Shown in pieces: positions 35,667-49,104 of a stretch of 64,000 nt of DNA (positions are counted from its first letter, which is position 1; each line of letters begins with the position of its first letter). The translations under genes and the position numbers were made by a program. Source of the stretch: Patescibacteria group bacterium (GTDB taxonomy: Bacteria; Patescibacteriota; WWE3; JAMCXX01); contig JAMCXX010000003.1 of the NCBI GenBank assembly GCA_023474425.1, positions 21,712 through 85,711 on the forward strand. Reading direction: 5' to 3'. The notes beneath the pieces are model-generated. The model was given only the letters and a program-made list of their open reading frames with translations. It made no database searches and was not told where the DNA came from.

Positions 35667-35930
35667 TTATTCAGGTTGGCCAAAAACAAAAATGGTTCGG
35701 CCGCGACGAGTTCTCTGATTTGTTTTGGGTATACTTCCGCCCGGTCTGCTGCTCTTGGCGGCTTTAAGTCTTTTGGAAACAAGCGAGATAGTTTGCAGAT
35801 GGGCTCCGGTTTTTTGACGAATTTCATTCCAGGTTTTTCCGCTTTTTAAGAATTCAGATACTCTTACCCGACGCTTGAAATCAAGCAACTCTTTTGGCGA
35901 AAAAATCTCCTGCGGAAATTTAATTAACAT
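35667..35930 (-). CDS. TrpR/YerC-YecD-like small HTH protein (tentative)
   Basis: 87 aa. RVRVSEFLKSGKTWNEIRQKTGAHLQTISLVSKRL resembles the YerC/TrpR HTH. Confidence 0.5.
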   Translation of the reverse strand: MLIKFPQEIFSPKELLDFKRRVRVSEFLKSGKTWNEIRQKTGAHLQTISLVSKRLKAAKSSRPGGSIPKTNQRTRRGRTIFVFGQPE

Positions 35931-36058
35931 ACATTTTTAATATCCTTATTAGAGGAATTATAATCTATTTTTCTAGAGGGTCAAGGTTGGTGGTGTTACA
36001 TCAAAATGGGCTGGTTTTGACCGACGGCAACGATATAATTAAATGAACCGGGAGGAGT

Positions 36059-38668
36059 TTACTTCTTCTTGCCATTGGTCTCTTTGGTCTCTTCGGTTGG
36101 TTCCTCCTCAATAATACTGGCCGCTGCCACGCCGTCGCCGTCCTCGAGTCTCATAACTCTAACGCCCTGGGTGGCCCGGCCAACCGAGGAAATATCGTTT
36201 ATTTTCATGCGGATTACCTGGCCTTGGATTGAGGTTAAAACCAGTTCCGCGAACCGGTCATCAATGATTTGCGCGCTCACAATGGGGCCGGTTTTTTTGG
36301 TTACTTTGGCCGTAATAATGCCCGAACCGCCCCGGTTTTGCAGGCGGTACTGGGAAATTTTGGTGCGCTTGCCGAAGCCGTTGCGGCAGACAACCAGAAG
36401 CTGCTCATTGTTTTTGGTTTTTTCTGCCAAAACATCCAGAGAAATAACGCGGTCTCCCCTACCCATCTTAATGCCGCGGACCCCGGCTGCGTTGCGTCCC
36501 ATTTCCCGGATTTGCGATTCTTTAAAGCGGATTGACTTGCCCGATTCGGTCACAAGCATAATTTGGTCGCGCCCGCCCGAGGGTTTAACCCAGGCCAGGC
36601 TGTCGTCCGCGTCCAGCTTAATAGCAATAATGCCCGTTTTGCGGATATTCTCGAACTGATCGAGGGCGGTTTTTTTGACCGTGCCGGCTCTTGTGGCCAT
36701 AAACAGGAATTTAATCCCACCATCGTTTTTGGTAAGTGGTACGAGAGCACTGACCGTTTCTTCGGGCATGAGGTCAATAACGTTAACCACCGCCGTGCCC
36801 TTGGCTTGGCGTCCGGCCTCGGGTATGTCCCAAACGCGCATTTTGTAAACCCTTCCTCTATTGGTAAAGAGAAGCAGTTCGTCGTGGGTAGAAACGGCGT
36901 GCATCTCGTGGATGGTGTCGCCTTCTTTAAGGCTGGCGCCAATCACGCCGCGCCCGCCTCGGCCCTGTGAGCGGTAGGTGTCCAAAGGCAGTCTTTTAAT
37001 GTAGCCCGAATCTGTGAGGGTTAGAAGGACCTCTTCTTCTTTGATCAGGTCTTCATCGGTCATCTCTCCGACCCCGCCCTTAAGCACCTTGGTTAATCTT
37101 TCGTCATGGTATTTCTCTTTGAGGTTTAAAAGTTCCTTCTGCACCTCGGCCAGGACCAGTTTCGGCTCGGCAAGGATAGCCTCAAGGCTTTTAATGGTTT
37201 TAATCGTTTCCCTAAGTTCGTCCTCCACCTTTTGTCGCTCTAGAGCGGCCAAGCGGCGCAGCTGCATGTCAAGTATTGCCTGGGCTTGGATTGGGGTCAG
37301 GTCAAACTTTTTAACCAGGTTTTCCTTGGCTTCGTCTCCGTCGCGGCTTTGGCGGATGGTCTTAATAATGGCATCCAAGTGGTCTAGGGCAATCTTTAAG
37401 CCCTCGAGTATGTGCTCACGTTCGCGGGATTTTTTGAGGAGGAATAAGGTGCGGCGGGTAACGATCTCAATTCTGAAGGAAACGAACTCCTCTAAAATAT
37501 TTTTGAGCGTTAGAAGCCGGGGCTCGCCGTTGATGAGAGCCACCATGTTGACATGGAAAACTTTTTGCATCTCCGTGTGTTTGTAGAGGTTGTTAAGGAT
37601 TTGCTGGGGCCGGGCGTCGCGTTTAAGCTCCACAACGACTCTTAAACCCTGCCGGTCGGACTCATCCCTTAAATCGGCAATGCCCTCAATCTTTTTATCC
37701 TTGGCCAGCTCGGCAATTTTGGCGACGAGCAGAGCTTTATTGACTTGGTAAGGCAATTCGGAAACGATGATGCTAAAGCGCTCTTGCTTGCCCCGCCCAG
37801 CGGGGTCTTCTTCAATCTTAGCCTTAGCCCGGGTAATAATACTGCCCCGGCCTGTGGCGTAGGCGTTTACAATTTCATTCCAGTCGTAAATAATGCCGCC
37901 GGTAGGAAAGTCCGGACCTTTAATGTATTGGGTAAGGTCTTCGATCGTTGCTTCGCTCTTAAAGTCTAGAGTGTGGTACTCCGGGCGCTTATAGCGGAAT
38001 GGGTAGTCCGGCGGCACCTCCAAAGTTTTTGTTTCCTTTATCTTGGTTTCGCTTTGCTTGATTAATTCGAGTGAGGCGTCAATTACCTCGCCCAAATTGT
38101 GCGTAGGAATATTGGTAGCCAGGCCCACGGCAATGCCCGAGGCGCCGTTTAAAAGAAGATTAGGCAAGGCGGAAGGCAGAATGGTCGGTTCCTTATCGGT
38201 ACCCGAATAGTTATCTACGAATTTGACCGTTTCTTTTTCAATGTCTTTGAGCAACTCGTCGGAGAGGCGCGATAGTCGGCATTCGGTGTACCTCATGGCG
38301 GCCGGCGAATCGCCATCAATGGAGCCGAAGTTCCCCTGCCCTTGAATGAGGGTGTAGCGCAGGGAAAACGTTTGGGCCATTCTCACTAGAGCTTCGTAAA
38401 GGGCGGCGTCGCCGTGGGGATGATATTTTTTTAGGACCTCGCCGACTACAGCGGCTGATTTTTGATAGCGGGAGTTGGCGTCAATTCCCTGCTCTTTCAT
38501 GGCGTAGATAATTCGGCGATGTACGGGCTTTAATCCGTCGCGTACATCGGGCAGGGCCCGGGCGACAATGACGCTCATGGCATAGTCCAAATACGCCTTT
38601 TCCATCTCGGAGGTTATGGGAGCCGGGACTATTCTTCCGCCTTTTTGTTGGTCAGATGTCTCGTTCAT
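36059..38668 (-). CDS. gyrA: DNA gyrase subunit A
   Basis: [19 protein letters not shown] (catalytic Tyr) and C-terminal beta-pinwheel repeats. 869 aa. Confidence 0.97.
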   Translation of the reverse strand: MNETSDQQKGGRIVPAPITSEMEKAYLDYAMSVIVARALPDVRDGLKPVHRRIIYAMKEQGIDANSRYQKSAAVVGEVLKKYHPHGDAALYEALVRMAQTFSLRYTLIQGQGNFGSIDGDSPAAMRYTECRLSRLSDELLKDIEKETVKFVDNYSGTDKEPTILPSALPNLLLNGASGIAVGLATNIPTHNLGEVIDASLELIKQSETKIKETKTLEVPPDYPFRYKRPEYHTLDFKSEATIEDLTQYIKGPDFPTGGIIYDWNEIVNAYATGRGSIITRAKAKIEEDPAGRGKQERFSIIVSELPYQVNKALLVAKIAELAKDKKIEGIADLRDESDRQGLRVVVELKRDARPQQILNNLYKHTEMQKVFHVNMVALINGEPRLLTLKNILEEFVSFRIEIVTRRTLFLLKKSREREHILEGLKIALDHLDAIIKTIRQSRDGDEAKENLVKKFDLTPIQAQAILDMQLRRLAALERQKVEDELRETIKTIKSLEAILAEPKLVLAEVQKELLNLKEKYHDERLTKVLKGGVGEMTDEDLIKEEEVLLTLTDSGYIKRLPLDTYRSQGRGGRGVIGASLKEGDTIHEMHAVSTHDELLLFTNRGRVYKMRVWDIPEAGRQAKGTAVVNVIDLMPEETVSALVPLTKNDGGIKFLFMATRAGTVKKTALDQFENIRKTGIIAIKLDADDSLAWVKPSGGRDQIMLVTESGKSIRFKESQIREMGRNAAGVRGIKMGRGDRVISLDVLAEKTKNNEQLLVVCRNGFGKRTKISQYRLQNRGGSGIITAKVTKKTGPIVSAQIIDDRFAELVLTSIQGQVIRMKINDISSVGRATQGVRVMRLEDGDGVAAASIIEEEPTEETKETNGKKK

Positions 38669-38763
38669 AGAAAAATTGTGAACAACAAGTCTCTAATGTT
38701 GTCGAATTATCAACCCGAATCGTATCTAGTCTTGCGATAACATTGGCTACCTATTAGTTTGTT

Positions 38764-40782
38764 CTAAATAATGAACCTAACAATCAGCAAGGCCACAATA
38801 TTGATAATTTTGATCATCGGATTAATGGCCGGTCCGGCCGTGTCTTTATACGGGTCCCCCACTGTGTCTCCGGTCACGGCAGCCTGGTGGGCTAGGCTCT
38901 TCTTGCCGCCAAAATTACCGTCCTCAATATATTTTTTGGCGTTGTCCCAAGCGGCTCCGCCGGTAGTCATGGAGATGGCCACAAAGACACCGGTAATAAT
39001 TGTGCCCAAAATCATGCCGCCGAGAGCTTGGGGGCCGAGTAAAAACCCCACCAGAATCGGGGAAATCACGGGAATGAGAGCAGGTATGACCATCTTTCTA
39101 AGCGCGGCTTGAGTTACAATGTCCACAGCCCGGCCGTATTGCGGTTTGGCCGTACCTTCCATAATACCGGTGATTTCATGAAACTGACGGCGAATTTCTG
39201 TGACAATGCTGGCCGCGGCCGCTCCCACCGCCTGCATGGTGATGGCGGAAAATAAGTAAGGCAGAGAGCCGCCGATGAACAATCCGACGAGAACCTTGGG
39301 GTTGGCCAGGTCAAAATTGACGGTCGCTCCTTTGGCCAAGAGTTCCTGCGTGAAGGCGGAAAAAATGACCAGGGCCGAAAGCACGGCTGAGCCAATAGCA
39401 TACCCCTTGGTCACGGCTTTGGTGGTGTTGCCTACGGCATCCAGGCTGTCAGTTACCCGGCGTACATCTTCTGACAGTCCGGCCATTTCGGCGATGCCCC
39501 CGGCATTATCGGTGATCGGACCAAAGGAATCTATGGCAATAATTATTCCCGTAAGTGAGAGCATACCGACGGCGGCAATGGCAACACCGTAGGTGCCAAA
39601 GAGACTGTAGCTTGCAAGCGCGGCAAGGGAAAGAACCATAACCGGCAAAAAGGTGGATTTCATAGAAACACTCAATCCGGCAATAATATTGGTGCCGTGG
39701 CCGGAAGTTGAGGCTTGGGCAATTTCTTTAACCGAACCATATTTTTTAGCCGTGTAGAAATCGGTAATAAAAACGAGGAGCATGGTGACCGCTAAGCCGA
39801 TGAGAGAACAAAGATAGATTTCATTGGTATTAGCCACGGCTACAAATTTGACCGTCGGATAAAAAAGAATGGCGGCAATCGCGACCGAGGCCAAAAGCCC
39901 TCGGTATAAAGCCTGCATAATGTCTTTGCGGCGGCCAAGCTTTACAAAAAAACTGCCCAATATTGAGGCCACAATGGCCGCCCCGCCCAGGGCTAGGGGC
40001 AGGGAAACGGCCGGCCAATGGTTGGGGAAAGTTAGCGAGCCCAAAATCATGGTGGAAACAAGAGTCACGGCGTAAGTTTCAAAGAGGTCGGCGGCCATGC
40101 CGGCGCAGTCACCCACATTGTCCCCTACATTATCGGCAATAACGCCAGGATTGCGCGGGTCATCTTCGGGGATGCCGGCCTCAATTTTGCCCACCATGTC
40201 CGTGCCCACATCGGCCGCTTTGGTGTAGATACCGCCGCCCAGCCGGGCAAAGACAGAAATCAGAGAACTACCAAAGGCTAAACCGGCCAGGGGCATAAGC
40301 CCGTATTTAGGACCAACGAAAAAGTAGAAAACGGAAACGGTCAGAAGGGCCAGCCCCACAACCAGAAATCCGGTTACCGAGCCGCCACGGAAGGCCAATT
40401 CCAGAGCCGGTCCAAGGCCTCTTTCGGAAATTTCTGCAACTCTGGCGTTGCTGCGTACGGAAACGTTCATACCCAAGAACCCGCAGACGGCTGAAGCCAG
40501 GCCTCCCAAAAGGAAGCCCAAACCGGTTGTTAGGCCCAAGAATTTGGTGAGGACCAGGAAAACAATTATTGCCGCCGCGGCTACCACGGTGTACTGGCGG
40601 CGCAAATAGGCGTCGGCGCCTTCTTTGATAGCGGTCTGAATTTCCTTAACCCTTTCGTTTAAGACGGGCGATCTTAAAACCCGGGAAATTTGCCAGAGGG
40701 CGTAAAGTATGGCCAAGAGCGCTAATACCATAGACGCCACAGTCAAACGCCGCTCGGAGAATAAAAAAAGACTCAGGTTCAT
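38764..40782 (-). CDS. hppA: membrane-bound proton/sodium-translocating pyrophosphatase
   Basis: [31 protein letters not shown] and [14 protein letters not shown] motifs. About 16 TM helices. Confidence 0.95.
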   Translation of the reverse strand: MNLSLFLFSERRLTVASMVLALLAILYALWQISRVLRSPVLNERVKEIQTAIKEGADAYLRRQYTVVAAAAIIVFLVLTKFLGLTTGLGFLLGGLASAVCGFLGMNVSVRSNARVAEISERGLGPALELAFRGGSVTGFLVVGLALLTVSVFYFFVGPKYGLMPLAGLAFGSSLISVFARLGGGIYTKAADVGTDMVGKIEAGIPEDDPRNPGVIADNVGDNVGDCAGMAADLFETYAVTLVSTMILGSLTFPNHWPAVSLPLALGGAAIVASILGSFFVKLGRRKDIMQALYRGLLASVAIAAILFYPTVKFVAVANTNEIYLCSLIGLAVTMLLVFITDFYTAKKYGSVKEIAQASTSGHGTNIIAGLSVSMKSTFLPVMVLSLAALASYSLFGTYGVAIAAVGMLSLTGIIIAIDSFGPITDNAGGIAEMAGLSEDVRRVTDSLDAVGNTTKAVTKGYAIGSAVLSALVIFSAFTQELLAKGATVNFDLANPKVLVGLFIGGSLPYLFSAITMQAVGAAAASIVTEIRRQFHEITGIMEGTAKPQYGRAVDIVTQAALRKMVIPALIPVISPILVGFLLGPQALGGMILGTIITGVFVAISMTTGGAAWDNAKKYIEDGNFGGKKSLAHQAAVTGDTVGDPYKDTAGPAINPMIKIINIVALLIVRFII

Positions 40783-40799
40783 AAGTTTATATTATCTTT

Positions 40800-40827
40800 T
40801 TACACAATACTTATTACACAATACTTA
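40800..40827. repeat. perfect tandem duplication of a 14-mer (TTACACAATACTTA x2) upstream of hppA
   Basis: Direct reading. Lies 18 nt upstream of the hppA start codon (minus strand). Confidence 0.8.
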
Positions 40828-40834
40828 ATGTCAA

Positions 40835-42940
<2,106 letters not shown>

Positions 42941-42976
42941 TCAGGAAGTTACTTCCCTATTTTAGCGTCTGGGTTT

Positions 42977-43690
42977 TTATTTTTCAAGGATATTCTCGGG
43001 TACTCCCAGAAAAAAGATTTCTACAAGATTGCGGGGCGAGGCCGTAGTTTGGGCGCACGTACTTCGTACTTTTAAGAGTTTCCAGGCAGTCTCAAGTAGA
43101 TTTAAGTGCGACGATTCTTTAAGAAAAAAGTCTTTTGAGAAAAGTTTAAGCCAGGTGTCCAGTAAGACCAGCGCCGCTTCTCGGTCGCTAAACAGTTCTC
43201 TGTTTTCTTCGAGGTAGTCAAGGCGTTTGCGATACCCTTGGGAGAGAAGCTGACTCAAGTCATTGATAAGCTTTTTTTCTTGAGAAGTCAGCTCTTTGTA
43301 AAAACTTGACGCCAGACTGATTGGTGCGCACCGGGAGACAACTGTCGGCAATAGCAGGGATGGATCTTTGGCAGTAAGAATTATATAGGAGCGGCCGGGC
43401 GGTTCTTCCAGAGTTTTTAAGAGGGCGTTTTGGGCCTCGGGAGTCAGTCGTGAAGATTCAGGGATTAGAGCAACCTTCGCCTTGGAATTAAAGGGTTTCT
43501 GGTTAAGCTCTCTTTGAAGCTGCCGTATTTCTTCAATGCCGAAAGACGTCTTGTTTTCAATTTCAAGCTTGAAAAAATCCGGCTCCGACTCGATACTAGA
43601 ATTACGGTTTAAGATGTTCTGGGCAAGGTTTAAAGCCGCGTCGAGACGTGAATCTTGCGTGCCACCATATATAAGAAAACTGTGCATCAT
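42977..43690 (-). CDS. holB: DNA polymerase III delta-prime subunit-like clamp-loader protein
   Basis: HSFLIYGG..., KVALIPESSRLTPEAQNALLKTLEEPP and VVSRC motifs. 237 aa. Confidence 0.7.
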   Translation of the reverse strand: MMHSFLIYGGTQDSRLDAALNLAQNILNRNSSIESEPDFFKLEIENKTSFGIEEIRQLQRELNQKPFNSKAKVALIPESSRLTPEAQNALLKTLEEPPGRSYIILTAKDPSLLLPTVVSRCAPISLASSFYKELTSQEKKLINDLSQLLSQGYRKRLDYLEENRELFSDREAALVLLDTWLKLFSKDFFLKESSHLNLLETAWKLLKVRSTCAQTTASPRNLVEIFFLGVPENILEK

Positions 43691-43781
43691 TATTAATATT
43701 AGTTATTCGCATCCATTTTAATCAAGCTTGATTGATTGACAGTTTAGGTCCGGTTTGCGAAACTATCATTATAATCTGTCC

Positions 43782-45509
43782 ATGAAAACCGAGAATCGAA
43801 AGAATGTAGAAGATATTTTAGCGGAGAAAGGGCTTTTAACCCCAGAGCAGGTTTCCGCTGTTAAGTTTGAGCGGGTGAATACCGGCAAGACCGGGGAAGC
43901 CATAATTCAAGAACGGGGTTATGTGGGCCCCGACGAACTGGCCAAAGCCCGCGCCGAGATTTTAAACATTCCTTTTGTTGAAGTTGGTTCCCGTTCTATT
44001 CCTACCCAGATTTTAGATCTTGTTCCCCAACCGGTGGCTCAAAAATACCGGCTCATTCCTTTTGCCAAGGATGGCGGAAAGCTTCAGGTGGCTATGGTTG
44101 ACCCGCTGGATTTACAGGTGATTGAGTTTATTGAAAAGCGGGCCGGGACATCGGTTGAGCCATATCTGGCCGTGCCCGAAGATATCGATAAAGCTATCGG
44201 AGAACAGTATGCTAAAAGCCTGGGCACCGACGTAACCGCCGCTTTGGAAGAGGCCGGAGTCACCAAAACAAAAATCGATGAGCAGTTAAAAAATATTGAG
44301 ACGGCTAACGAAACCTTGAGAGACGCGCCGGTTTCGCGAATTGTTTCTACTCTTCTGGAGTATGCCGTTAAAGCCCGGGCTTCAGACATTCACATTGAAC
44401 CGATGGGTGACCGTACCCGGGTGCGTTACCGGATTGACGGCGTTCTTCAGGAGAGACTAAGTATTCCCACCAAAGTCCACAACAGCATTGTTTCACGGAT
44501 TAAAATTCTATCCGATTTGAAAATCGACGAGCATCGGTTGCCACAGGACGGCAGGTTTAAAATAATCTTGACGGACAACGAAGTAGATCTTAGGGTTTCT
44601 ACACTCCCCACCGTCTTCGGCGAGAAAGTGGTTATTCGTCTACTTAAGGAAAAGGGCCGGGTTATGACTCTCCAGCAGTTGGGTTTGACCGGAATTTCTT
44701 TTAAAAGAGTAGAAAATAATCTAAGCAAGCCTTACGGGGTGATGCTTGTTACCGGCCCAACCGGTTCAGGAAAAACGGTAACTCTGGCTTCCTGTTTAAC
44801 ACAAATTTCCACAAACAAGGTTAACATTATCACTCTCGAAGACCCTGTAGAAATCCAAATTCCCGGTACAAATCAGGTCCAGATTAATCCTCAAGCCGGT
44901 TTAACTTTTGCTTCCGGTCTTCGTTCTATTTTGCGTCAGGACCCCAACATTATTATGGTTGGAGAAATTAGGGACCGGGAAACGGCCGAGCTTTCCATTC
45001 AAGCGGCTTTAACCGGACATCTAGTTTTTTCTACTCTGCACACCAACAACGCCGCCTCCGCCCTGCCTCGGCTTTTGGATATGGAGGTTGAGGCTTATTT
45101 GCTTATTTCCACAATAAACGCTGTTATTGCGCAGAGACTGGTGAGACTTGTTTGCAAATCATGCAAGGTTTCGGTGGAAATGCCCAAAGAAGTAAGTGAG
45201 AAGATGAAGCAGGTTTTGGGTCCCCTCTACGACCAGAAGGTTAAGGCGCTCGGGGGAAAGTTGAGTCTAGCCAAAGGCAAAGGCTGTGAACAGTGTGAAC
45301 ACACCGGCTATTCCGGTCGAACGGGAATTTTTGAAGTTTTGGAAATGAGCGAGAAGCTTGGGCAGTTGACGCTTAACCACCGTCCCAGTTCCGAGTTAGA
45401 CGCGCAGGCAATTGAGGAAGGCATGGTTACCCTCCTCCAGGATGGATTTATGAAAGTTCTTGACGGTCAAACGACTCTCGAGGAGGTTTTGCGTGTGGCC
45501 GAGGAATAA
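43782..45509 (+). CDS. pilB: type IV pilus assembly ATPase PilB (GspE family)
   Basis: N-terminal MshEN-like domain. Walker A GPTGSGKT. Asp/His boxes. Tetracysteine CKSC...CEQCEHTGYSGR. Start taken at the ATG at 43782. Confidence 0.9.
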   Translation: MKTENRKNVEDILAEKGLLTPEQVSAVKFERVNTGKTGEAIIQERGYVGPDELAKARAEILNIPFVEVGSRSIPTQILDLVPQPVAQKYRLIPFAKDGGKLQVAMVDPLDLQVIEFIEKRAGTSVEPYLAVPEDIDKAIGEQYAKSLGTDVTAALEEAGVTKTKIDEQLKNIETANETLRDAPVSRIVSTLLEYAVKARASDIHIEPMGDRTRVRYRIDGVLQERLSIPTKVHNSIVSRIKILSDLKIDEHRLPQDGRFKIILTDNEVDLRVSTLPTVFGEKVVIRLLKEKGRVMTLQQLGLTGISFKRVENNLSKPYGVMLVTGPTGSGKTVTLASCLTQISTNKVNIITLEDPVEIQIPGTNQVQINPQAGLTFASGLRSILRQDPNIIMVGEIRDRETAELSIQAALTGHLVFSTLHTNNAASALPRLLDMEVEAYLLISTINAVIAQRLVRLVCKSCKVSVEMPKEVSEKMKQVLGPLYDQKVKALGGKLSLAKGKGCEQCEHTGYSGRTGIFEVLEMSEKLGQLTLNHRPSSELDAQAIEEGMVTLLQDGFMKVLDGQTTLEEVLRVAEE

Positions 45510-45512
45510 ACA

Positions 45513-46571
45513 ATGAAGGTTAACGAGCTTTTGCAAAAAGTAATCGATACCGGCGGTTCGGATTTGCATCTAACCGTGGGAGCGCCTCCGGCCATTCGGA
45601 TTGACGGTAAACTCTTTTTTCAAACCGATTTGGAACCTCTTAATTCAACCCACGTGGAAGATTTGGTGAAGGAGGTTCTTAACGACGAGCAGGTAGAGGC
45701 GCTTGAAAAAAACCGTGAGATTGACCTCTCCTTTGCTTTCTCCGACGAGGCTCGCTTTCGTACCAACGTCTTTCATCAGCGTGGTTACCTGGCCGCTGTT
45801 ATGAGGCTAATTCCTCTTTCCGTGCCAACGCTCGACGAACTTAACCTGCCCCGTTCCCTTTATTCATTTTGTTCTCTGCCGCAAGGGTTTGTACTGGTTA
45901 CCGGACCGGCCGGCCAGGGAAAGTCCACGACCATGGCCGCTCTTATTAATTATATTAACGAAACGCGTCAGGTTCATATTATTAGTATTGAAGACCCGAT
46001 TGAGTACGTTTTTCCCCATAAAAAGTCGATTGTTGATCAGCGGGAAATTAATTTGGATACCAAAAGTTGGGGGGTGGCCCTGCGCAGTGTTTTGCGGGAG
46101 GATCCCGATGTGGTCATGGTCGGAGAGATGCGGGACCCGGAAACGATGGCTGCGGCCGTAACCATTGCCGAAACAGGGCATTTGGTTTTTGCCTCCATTC
46201 ACACAAACAGCTCCTCGCAGTCGATTGATCGGATAATTGATGTTTTTCCCGAGTATCAGCAACAGCAGATTAGGGTCCAACTCGCCTCAATTCTCGAGGG
46301 TGTTATTTCTCAGAGGCTAATACCTGCCTTAAACGGCGGTCGGGTTCCGGCCGTGGAAATTATGTTGCCTACTCCGGCGGTGCGTTCGGTTATAAGAGAG
46401 GGAAAAACCCATCAACTCGATAATATTATTTCTACTTCCTTTGAAGTGGGTATGGTTTCTCTCGAACGTTCCTTGGCCGACTTAGTAAAGTCCGGCAAAG
46501 TAGAGGCGAACGTGGCCAAACAACACACGGTCCGCCCCGAAGATTTAATGAGGTATTTAAGAGGGATATGA
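45513..46571 (+). CDS. pilT: twitching-motility retraction ATPase PilT
   Basis: GSDLHL, Walker A GPAGQGKST, MVGEMRD and GHLVFASIHT. 352 aa. Confidence 0.9.
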   Translation: MKVNELLQKVIDTGGSDLHLTVGAPPAIRIDGKLFFQTDLEPLNSTHVEDLVKEVLNDEQVEALEKNREIDLSFAFSDEARFRTNVFHQRGYLAAVMRLIPLSVPTLDELNLPRSLYSFCSLPQGFVLVTGPAGQGKSTTMAALINYINETRQVHIISIEDPIEYVFPHKKSIVDQREINLDTKSWGVALRSVLREDPDVVMVGEMRDPETMAAAVTIAETGHLVFASIHTNSSSQSIDRIIDVFPEYQQQQIRVQLASILEGVISQRLIPALNGGRVPAVEIMLPTPAVRSVIREGKTHQLDNIISTSFEVGMVSLERSLADLVKSGKVEANVAKQHTVRPEDLMRYLRGI

Positions 46572-46574
46572 AAA

Positions 46575-46609
46575 AAATTCTAAATTCTCAACTCTCAATT
46601 TTTAATTGC
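46575..46609. repeat. heptamer array (AAATTCT AAATTCT CAACTCT CAATTTT TAATTGC) in the pilT-pilC spacer
   Basis: Direct reading of the 42-nt spacer. Confidence 0.75.
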
Positions 46610-46613
46610 GGTT

Positions 46614-47825
46614 ATGCCTACTTTTGATTACCGGGCGCGGGACAAAGAGGGTAAAGTAATTACCGGGACGGTTGAGGCCGGGAACGAAAACATTGCCGCC
46701 TCGGTTATTTCTCAGCGGGGCTGGATACCGACTTTAATTTTGCAGAAAGGCAGCCGGTCAGGATTTCTTGGACCGGTTAGATTATTTGGTAGCGGGATAT
46801 CAAGCACCAAGCGGACGGTTTTTACCCGTCAACTAGCAACAATGGTAAACGCGGGCTTACCTCTAACCCAGTCATTAGAGATTTTGTATAAACAATCAGC
46901 AGGAACGCGTTTGGGCGAGGTCGTGGAGCAGATTTTTCACGATGTGGAGGCCGGCAGCACCCTTAATCAGAGTATGGCCAAGTATCCGGAGGTTTTTAGC
47001 CGAGTTTACGTAAATTTAGTTAAAGCCGGCGAGGCTTCGGGAAGTTTAGATAAAGTTTTAAACCGGTTGGCGGAAAATGAAGAAAAGATGAACGAATTTA
47101 CCGGTAAAGTGAAAGGAGCCTTTGTTTATCCGGTAATTGTTCTTTTTGTAATGGCAGTAGTTTTTGTGGTGATGATGGTTTTTGTCGTCCCAAAGCTTGT
47201 GCTTATGTATCGTGATCTGGGTACCGCTTTGCCATTACCGACTAAAATCTTGATCTGGATTTCCGACCTCTTTACCAAACGATTTTATCTGCCGTTAGGT
47301 TTTGTTATTGCTGCGGTAATCGGTTATCGTTATTTCTCTCAGAGTGATTATGGCATTCGTGAAACTTCGAGACTCGCATTTAAGATCCCAATTTTTGGAA
47401 ATCTCAAAAAGCAGTCGGAACTCACCGAGTTCGCCAGAACGTTAAGTTTATTGGTTTCGGCCGGAATACCAATTCTAGATGCCTTGAGTATTGTTTCCGA
47501 AGCGATTAACGACCCTGTTTACCGTGAGGCTCTTAAGGAAGCGTCCGCGCAGGTTGAAAGGGGCGCCCCCCTTTCCAACTATCTTAAGGCTAACGATAAT
47601 TTTCCGCCGCTCCTTTCACAAATGATTGCCGTGGGCGAAGAAACCGGCAAGCTGGATGAGGTGCTTTTAAAAGTTTCATCTTTTTTTGAAAATGAAACGG
47701 AAAACGCACTTAAGGCGCTGACCGTTGCTCTGGAGCCAGCCATTATGATTGTTTTGGGAATTCTTGTGGCCCTCTTGGTTATATCAATTATTATGCCGAT
47801 CTATCAGTTAACTTCGGCTTTCTAG
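46614..47825 (+). CDS. pilC: type IV pilus platform protein PilC (GspF family)
   Basis: Two T2SSF repeats (FTRQLATMVNAGLPL... and FARTLSLLVSAGIPI...). 3 TM helices. 403 aa. Confidence 0.9.
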   Translation: MPTFDYRARDKEGKVITGTVEAGNENIAASVISQRGWIPTLILQKGSRSGFLGPVRLFGSGISSTKRTVFTRQLATMVNAGLPLTQSLEILYKQSAGTRLGEVVEQIFHDVEAGSTLNQSMAKYPEVFSRVYVNLVKAGEASGSLDKVLNRLAENEEKMNEFTGKVKGAFVYPVIVLFVMAVVFVVMMVFVVPKLVLMYRDLGTALPLPTKILIWISDLFTKRFYLPLGFVIAAVIGYRYFSQSDYGIRETSRLAFKIPIFGNLKKQSELTEFARTLSLLVSAGIPILDALSIVSEAINDPVYREALKEASAQVERGAPLSNYLKANDNFPPLLSQMIAVGEETGKLDEVLLKVSSFFENETENALKALTVALEPAIMIVLGILVALLVISIIMPIYQLTSAF

Positions 47826-47867
47826 CCAATTTAAAAGAATTTTAACTGTGAGAGGGGGTGAGGAGAA

Positions 47868-48332
47868 GTGAAAAAAGGTTTTACGCTAATCGAACTTCTA
47901 GTGGTGATTGCCGTTATCGGTATTTTGGCAGCTGTGGTGGTTGTGGCTATTGACCCAGCTAAAAAGCTTGGCCAGTCACGCGACGCTTCACGCAAAACCG
48001 GAATTGGCCAAATTGTAACGGCCCTAGTAAGTTATTATACCCAGAAAACGTCATATCCGGCGGCGCTGTCTGATCTTCAGTCACAGGGAGAGCTTAAAAC
48101 AATTCCGGTTGGACCAACCGGCGCCTCCTTCAACTACGCGGTGACTCCGGCCGGTTGTACCACTGCCGGTAAAGATTGTACAGCGGCGGTTATTTACGAT
48201 TCCTACGAATACCCCAACAATCCTTGTACCACCGGCAATGCGTTCTGGGGCTGGACTTCAGGTACCGGTCAGGTTGGCAAGATCTGTTCTTCCTCAACGC
48301 CAACCCCCGCCGATACCCCGGTTACGGATTAA
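47868..48332 (+). CDS. type IV (pseudo)pilin, probable major pilin
   Basis: Class III signal MKKG/FTLIELLVVIAVIGILAA with Glu+5. Strong SD. First pilin after pilC. Followed by a stable hairpin. Cys pairs in the C-terminal half. Confidence 0.85.
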   Translation: MKKGFTLIELLVVIAVIGILAAVVVVAIDPAKKLGQSRDASRKTGIGQIVTALVSYYTQKTSYPAALSDLQSQGELKTIPVGPTGASFNYAVTPAGCTTAGKDCTAAVIYDSYEYPNNPCTTGNAFWGWTSGTGQVGKICSSSTPTPADTPVTD

Positions 48333-48361
48333 CCTATATTGGTTAGGCGTTATTTTAAGAT

Positions 48362-48398
48362 GGGAAGGTCGGGTGGGCTTTGGCCCACCCGCCTTCCC
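48362..48398 (+). promoter_or_regulatory. GC-rich stem-loop after the major pilin gene (attenuator/processing candidate; no U-tract)
   Basis: GGGAAGGTCGGGTGGGC-TTT-GGCCCACCCGCCTTCCC, a ~16-bp stem with one bulge. Confidence 0.5.
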
Positions 48399-48420
48399 GG
48401 TGTCGGGTCACTACTAATTT

Positions 48421-48954
48421 ATGAGAATCGATATTCTTGGAAATCGCCGCTTTGGTGTGGCCGGCGTTACCTTAATTGAGCTGATGATAACTATCGCCGG
48501 CATTGCCGTTTTGGCCTCAATCCTGGTGACGGTAATTAATCCGGTTTCTTATCAGCAAAAGGCTAGGGATTCGGTGCGGCTTCGGGACCTAAATACCTTG
48601 AAATCGGTGATTATTTTAGCTTTGCAAAACGGAGGAACATTTACCGGAAGATGTACGGCCGCAAGCCCTTGCAACAGTCTTGCGGGCGGATTAAATGTAG
48701 ACGGTTCGGGTTATGTGGATTTGCCTCTGCCCGGATACCTAACCCAACTGCCCGCCGACCCTCTTTCCTCACACAACACTTTTGTTGATGGTACGGGAGC
48801 CACTGTACCTTCAGCCTATCTTTTCGCCGAGAGCGGCTCGGACTTCGAAATTAAAGCTCACTTTGAATCATCATCGAATACCGACCGTTATTCCAGCGAC
48901 GGCGGGACGGATAACACTTCTTATGAGGTTGGTACGAAGTTGAATATCTTTTGA
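48421..48954 (+). CDS. prepilin-like protein
   Basis: Leader MRIDILGNRRFGVAG / VTLIELMITIAGIAVLASI with Glu+5. Confidence 0.7.
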   Translation: MRIDILGNRRFGVAGVTLIELMITIAGIAVLASILVTVINPVSYQQKARDSVRLRDLNTLKSVIILALQNGGTFTGRCTAASPCNSLAGGLNVDGSGYVDLPLPGYLTQLPADPLSSHNTFVDGTGATVPSAYLFAESGSDFEIKAHFESSSNTDRYSSDGGTDNTSYEVGTKLNIF

Positions 48955-49011
48955 ACGGATTAAGGATTCAGTAGTAAAGAATTAAGTTATGTATTCTCTA
49001 TTTCAAATCCA

Positions 49012-49104
49012 GTCATTGCGAATATACGGCTGAAGCAATCTCCCGAGAATGCGGGGCTGACACGAGGTCAGAGATCGCCACGGGTCGTGACACCTCGCGA
49101 TGAC
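49012..49104. repeat. palindromic element (GTCATTGCG...CGCGATGAC) upstream of and overlapping the pilD start
   Basis: Outer inverted repeat 49012-49020 / 49096-49104. Inner hairpins ATTGC..GCAAT and CTGAC..GTCAG. Confidence 0.6.

Noticed and set aside
36069-37586. Long antisense or alternative-frame ORFs inside gyrA. Similar ones occur inside hppA, gyrB, dnaB, the VirD4-like gene, the S41 protease and others in the ORF track.
   Set aside because: They overlap strongly supported conserved genes on the opposite strand or in another frame. They have low-complexity, Arg/Ser/Pro-rich translations and no SD, so they are typical shadow ORFs.
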